A DNA stretch of 63,868 bases, the filler included, from Octopus bimaculoides (taxonomy: Eukaryota), in NCBI RefSeq assembly GCF_001194135.2. It is 5 parts of 5 records of this genome, joined end to end, with 100 filler letters (N's around TTAATTAATTAA, not from the genome) between each part and the next. Parts side by side here need not be neighbours in the genome. Positions count along the whole stretch, not along the records: positions 62,645 to 63,868 come from NW_026384213.1; 4 more parts are not named here. One strand, 5' to 3'. Position 1 is the stretch's first letter, and each line of letters begins with the position of its first letter. A program made the translations under genes and the position numbers. Of this stretch, positions 63,600 through 63,868 are shown piece after piece. The notes under the pieces were generated by a model. That model ran no database searches. It was not told where the DNA came from and worked only from the letters and a program-made list of their open reading frames with translations.

Positions 63600-63868
63600 G
63601 ATATATATATATTTACTCACACGTACATATATCTTCAAATATTTCTTTCTCCTAATTCATTTCAATGTGGTGTCTATATAATATAAAACAAAGAAACAAG
63701 ACCATCATGTTATATACGTTGTCTATATTTTTTTTTCTTGTCTTTGAAATTCTTTTGTTATTATTTCTTTCATGTTTATACTCCATAGAACAAGAACCAG
63801 TCTTTAATACCATATAAGTATGTGTGACTTTTGCTATGTACTTATGCATGCTTTTGTTTGTTTTTAGT

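Overview
Eukaryotic, AT-rich, extremely microsatellite- and transposon-dense genomic DNA. Repeat families and composition point to a coleoid cephalopod (Octopus-like) draft assembly; this is inference from recalled SINE families, not a database match. The window is not contiguous: four 100-bp artificial linkers (44 N + TTAATTAATTAA + 44 N) split it into five scaffolds (about 1-22107, 22208-52201, 52302-57533, 57634-62544, 62645-end), and there are many N gaps. No intact host gene can be identified. Most ORF-track entries are microsatellite or N artefacts. The protein-like sequence I can recognise comes from decayed mobile elements: mariner, Tigger/pogo, Chapaev-3-like, RTE, CR1, HERO-like, R4/Dong-like and Penelope-like. 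There are also dozens of tRNA-derived SINE copies, a 2.7-kb satellite of ~46-bp palindromic units and at least seven fold-back elements. The most interesting signal is a set of unrelated minimal type I hammerhead-ribozyme-like folds. One has a G3-C8 compensatory core swap, and one lies near a tRNA-like Pol III head. Also notable are three Dong-like 3' ends stacked in (AAT)n tracts and a twin-priming-type inversion in an RTE LINE.
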